Virus record (IMG/VR): IMGVR_UViG_3300028886_000042
DNA: 64,000 nucleotides
DNA from: a virus
Lineage: Duplodnaviria; Caudoviricetes
Reading direction: 5' to 3' (one strand)
Part shown: positions 63,901-64,000 of the stretch, piece after piece
Position numbering within the stretch: the first letter of the stretch is position 1
How the letters are laid out: each line of letters starts with the position of its first letter
The notes under the pieces: generated by a model
The model's input: the letters and a program-made list of their open reading frames with translations, nothing else
Database searches by the model: none
Told to the model about the DNA's origin: nothing
Position numbers and translations under genes: made by a program

Positions 63901-64000
63901 CAGACAATCGTAATCGATTCTATAAGTACAAGTTTTGACGTATCGAACGGATTGCAGTGGGATTTGAATCCGGAAGGTGTAGGTATACAGCCTATGTTGG
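60931..64000 (+). CDS. large baseplate/tube-initiator protein with internal OmpA-like domain (runs off window)
   Basis: Absent from the ORF track, presumably because it has no stop; spot-checked manual translation: MFSIENLAW..GGRIMWFPPY..FIGRGE, IKGFST..NNQLARERANTI..YRSAKVTI, FDPAFHS..RLTFL..FGRPPFCVLRIGDF. Confidence 0.75.
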   Translation, partial: MAEIERRDKTPGFGYGVTIVNSGARQFRKLSDDFIGHTLGMKIDERVDFNDLNYEYMRKFMGMNIIEHNTTMSMLGDDAHLFGDSNAITGMAQRPSYVGSANYTDTFASRVAGYEKGGENTTRSAEIPNKQPYKKVTNLYPDDLDSGGFKEKWNVTDKNSILHKTKELFKRHKINTLISRFATSADAGESNVAGNGDIATQFGMSHGRNLLKKAAENADKSAKYNTNGYNNPYCRVWTHHYQYDKLNKLIRPFVDDEGNPVKLSDLHKWGSFTKSDETREYMWKGNDPGWELSSLNKNGFPNITPKYLGGDGKNIHTKDCMFSIENLAWKGYDPYSFEKALSWEQRGPLGGRIMWFPPYGLTFNETTQANWNSNTFIGRGEDVYTYINTVRSGTLSFIMLTDHPSVTDYATWYESDDNDLKDTDILRFFAGCDKDTLINAAKPTPLTDELVQVENNNLEDKKSAPDTTPENEIPDEEGTVEFYVFYPNNYSGVYDRENNVIDPIAYLLFGVNCNINTEISEDNRTVRSEDIKIQFELSGEEETQGYEMSDGSGITKYDKHVSDFIYGSDYPWYINYINHTTNQWPESYKPNLKRQWFYRIDGKYETPKETDGTEIIKNKYDEKLISEANYKDLKGFLLNKNVGSVKETISGLSNGDSSTDNLYTLAEVAAVIANIKKYTNTINKLGIKFDDKGNCISGDDEFKERLTKLMNLFKNRVEDISDIHIKGFSTIHGYEEKNNQLARERANTIGEWLEKYGIKGKKKYETEVDGGINVNENSENTSKTENGAISGDIATRKAKFYRSAKVTIRFTKNKTEKLSDTDNSEIHKNIANNPAGRVLGQMKELYNDILGNSSKWVENEKGVFVKYREKDENNNDIIIEGNAAADRLVYMHNDNKISNNNLRYDQEYHFYKELETKDDAIIRELKKRLKYFDPAFHSMSPEGFNERLTFLNQCTRQGNTITASDNNGTASNLAFGRPPFCVLRIGDFYYQTIVIDSISTSFDVSNGLQWDLNPEGVGIQPML

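Noticed and set aside
1-64000. Stop-codon reassignment (TAG to Gln) as in Lak and some crAss-like phages
   Set aside because: Long genes are intact in the standard code, and several end in TAG at sensible boundaries (11693, 51179, 53994, 2733)
1-64000. tRNA/rRNA genes
   Set aside because: No cloverleaf or T-loop signature seen in the intergenic gaps by eye; tRNAscan was not run

Overview
This window is part of a large AT-rich T4-like (contractile-tail) jumbo phage genome read with the standard code (TAG is used as a stop). Several replication and mobile genes have near-perfect Bacteroidota housekeeping promoters (TTTG-N19/20-TAnnTTTG), so the host is probably Bacteroides/Prevotella-like. The window holds a nucleotide-metabolism/counter-defence cluster (HAD nucleotidase, Acb1-like 2H phosphoesterase, GMP reductase, WYL protein), tail-fibre genes (LamG, FISUMP, long repeat proteins), replication genes (family B DNA polymerase, DEDDh exonuclease, SNF2 helicase) and the neck/tail module (neck, terminator, sheath, tube, hub/chaperones, tape measure, baseplate protein with an OmpA-like domain). 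Main finding: polB is broken into two separately promoted genes joined by a naturally split intein that cuts the catalytic motif (VVGD|TDG), with a free-standing endonuclease gene between the halves. Other notable features: five Zn-finger-array/Vsr-like endonuclease genes, four of them fused to a Mom/GNAT-like domain; a shared N-terminal leader on unrelated enzymes (kinase-like, ADP-ribosyltransferase-like, zincin, WYL) suggesting virion-packaged effectors; a phage-specific late motif ATATTTAT; a candidate structured ncRNA; and a palindrome-rich ori-like intergenic region. All calls come from reading motifs by eye; no searches were run.
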